From an uncultured archaeon (GTDB lineage: Archaea; Asgardarchaeota; Lokiarchaeia; Sigyniarchaeales; SOKP01), in the NCBI GenBank assembly GCA_964388035.1, contig CAYLZE010000108.1, forward strand, positions 1 through 17,822: 17,822 bases of DNA. The letters run 5' to 3'. Positions within the stretch are counted from its first letter, which is position 1. Each line of letters opens with the position of its first letter. Shown one piece after another: positions 16,059-17,822 of this stretch. The position numbers and the translations under genes are program-made. The notes under the pieces were generated by a model, which saw nothing but the letters and a program-made list of their open reading frames with translations, had not been told where the DNA came from and made no database searches.

Positions 16059-17378
16059 TTAGTTTCTCCTCCGATGAGCCGTTCTCACTTCCATTGTATT
16101 TCTTGTTATAATCTCATATAAAATTGCTTTTTTATCCTTCCCGGGGCGTAATAACCGGCCTAACCGCTGGATGAACTCCCGCGAACTGCCTGTTCCGCTT
16201 AAAATAATTCCAACATTTGCTTCCGGAACATTAATTCCCTCGTCTAATACTTGAGAGGATACAATGGCGCCATAAATACCTCTCTTAAATTTATCTAAAA
16301 TTTCCTTTCTTTCCTCCTTTTTTGTTTTATAGGTGATGCATGGAAGTAGGAATCGTTTGGAAATTGTATAAACCATGTTATTATATTTAGTAAAAATAAT
16401 CGTGCGATTCTTCTTGTCTAATAATTTTACTAATTCAGGTATTTTATTTTTTGAATTGAATGCTAATTTCTCGGCTCTATTTCTTGCCAGAATTGCTTCT
16501 CTCGCTTCGGGATCTCTACCCGATCGCATTACAATCTTTTGAAAATCCCTTGCCCCTCTCATTTTAATATTTCGGGATACCAAGTAATTTTTAAAAAGAG
16601 CTTGGGACTTATCATATTCTTCTTGTTCTTTTTCAGTGAAATCTACGATTATCTTTTTAATCTCAAAATCCGCTAGATACTCCCCCACTAAAGGTTCTGG
16701 GCTTATTTCGTAGATTTTATCTCCAATGAGTCTTGGGATTTCTTTGTGCAACTCATCATCTCGTTCAAGAGTGGCTGTTAATCCTAATCTATAGGGAGAA
16801 GCAAACATTTCAGCAATTTGTTTAAAACTATCTGAAGGAAGATGATGTACTTCATCAAAAATGAGAAGCTTGAATTTATTTCCTAAATAGGCTGCATTAA
16901 GATAAGCCGAATTATATGTAGAAACCGTGATAGCTTCAAGAATTTTCTTATTCCCCGTAAATTCTCCAATTTTAATGGAAAACGCTTTTTTTAATTCTTT
17001 TTTCCATTGATTAACCAAATCTATAGTAGGAACCACAATAAAAGTGGGAGAATTCATTTTTTCAATAACTTTTAAGGCGAAAATAGTCTTTCCCGCGCCA
17101 GTTGGCATTATTACGGCTCCTTTTTTATTTTGCAACCACTTTTTCAGCGCTTCTTTTTGATAATGCCTTAATTTGATAGTTGAAGAAAGTTGTGGACAAG
17201 CTACCAAATCCAGAACTCTATCATCGAAAGAGAGATTCAAATTCTTAAGGTAATTAGTTATCTCCAGATAATAAAGCGCTTCAGCTCTATACTTATTGAC
17301 CCTTTTATCAAATTGCGCGTGAGGAATCTTATTTTTTCCGTTAAAAGTAATAGTGCCTTTATCAAATTGAAGTTCCAT
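16059..17378 (-). CDS. xpb: XPB/Rad25-like SF2 DNA helicase
   Basis: LRHYQ, MPTGAGKT, DEVHH, GLTATLERDD (RED-motif position), VLDEGINVP, QRLGRLLR; SD GGAGTGA upstream; in an operon with DUF790. Confidence 0.93.
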   Translation of the reverse strand: MELQFDKGTITFNGKNKIPHAQFDKRVNKYRAEALYYLEITNYLKNLNLSFDDRVLDLVACPQLSSTIKLRHYQKEALKKWLQNKKGAVIMPTGAGKTIFALKVIEKMNSPTFIVVPTIDLVNQWKKELKKAFSIKIGEFTGNKKILEAITVSTYNSAYLNAAYLGNKFKLLIFDEVHHLPSDSFKQIAEMFASPYRLGLTATLERDDELHKEIPRLIGDKIYEISPEPLVGEYLADFEIKKIIVDFTEKEQEEYDKSQALFKNYLVSRNIKMRGARDFQKIVMRSGRDPEAREAILARNRAEKLAFNSKNKIPELVKLLDKKNRTIIFTKYNNMVYTISKRFLLPCITYKTKKEERKEILDKFKRGIYGAIVSSQVLDEGINVPEANVGIILSGTGSSREFIQRLGRLLRPGKDKKAILYEIITRNTMEVRTAHRRRN

Positions 17379-17562
17379 GTTCTATTTCACTCCGGGTTTC
17401 CTTCTATACATTTAATAAAATGATTATATTTATAAAAGAAAACTCATCTTCAATTTATTGAATTTTTACCTTAATTGCCTGATTTAGCTGTACTTTTATT
17501 AATATTTCTATATTCTTCAATTTAAATAAATAGACAAGAAATTTATATTCTAATTTATATTA

Positions 17563-17822
17563 ATGGGATAGTGAGGATTTAACGGGCATTTTGTTTCATG
17601 ATAAATTGCTCCCTGAGGCGTATACAATAAATATCCAAAATCTTAATTTTAGACGATATCTTGACCATGCTCCATGAAGATATCAAATGTGAATTAATTG
17701 ATGGGGGTTTAATTATTCATTCGCCCGCCTCCTTAGGACACGAATTAATTTTTAAATTTATACTCGTTTATCTTGAATTATATGTTCAAGAGAGCAAGTT
17801 AGAATTGGTTGTGGGCAAGCTT
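17563..17822 (+). pseudogene. Second Uma2 family endonuclease, frameshifted, truncated by window end
   Basis: Reconstructs as MDSEDLTGILFHDKLLPEAYTINIQNLN-LDDILTMLHEDIKCELIDGGLIIHSPASLGHELIFKF, matching EDTNFELLNGVLYINSPANREHEEIFKY of the 13046 gene. This requires removing one G at 17565-17567 and one T at 17647-17650. Confidence 0.75.

Noticed and set aside
16756-16770. XPB RED motif reading RDD as a novel variant
   Set aside because: A conservative change that I recall from other Bax1-associated archaeal XPBs; all other helicase motifs are intact.
2191-17423. Short overlapping or antisense track ORFs (2191, 2584, 2629, 3250, 3398, 3977, 5318, 7619, 8535, 10487, 11695, 11942, 12244, 13447, 17190)
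   Set aside because: Shadow frames of well-supported genes, with no independent motifs.
1-17822. CRISPR array, tRNA, rRNA or transposase
   Set aside because: No regularly spaced repeats, no cloverleaf, no long GC-rich RNA-like tract, and no DDE/HUH/serine recombinase motifs seen.

Overview
AT-rich archaeal window, most consistent with an Asgard (Lokiarchaeia-like) genome. This placement is an inference from low GC, TATA/SD signals, the XPB-Bax1 pair, an AOR and an archaeal VapB. Left third (1-6150): a tungsten/molybdopterin aldehyde:ferredoxin oxidoreductase, an RraA/HMG-aldolase-like protein, an uncharacterised membrane protein with a His motif, and a winged-HTH regulator divergent from two tandem ICMT/PEMT-family membrane methyltransferase paralogues, with a perfect 11-bp inverted repeat between them. 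Middle (6150-14500): a low-density accessory island of small toxin-antitoxin modules, two intact (DUF6516/TumE-like pair, VapBC) and three decayed (orphan antitoxin, HicBA, RelE/ParE pair), most of the decayed ones missed by the ORF track. It also holds DUF6448, OsmC, a TPR-like gene running in frame through one TAA into a pRiA4b-ORF3 domain, a 51-aa small protein, a Uma2 nuclease and a short GC-rich multi-hairpin element. Right end: an intact xpb-bax1 operon and a frameshifted second Uma2 gene cut by the window edge. Three genes appear to start at non-canonical ATC/ATT codons positioned correctly behind SD motifs. No CRISPR array, tRNA, rRNA, transposase or integrase was seen.
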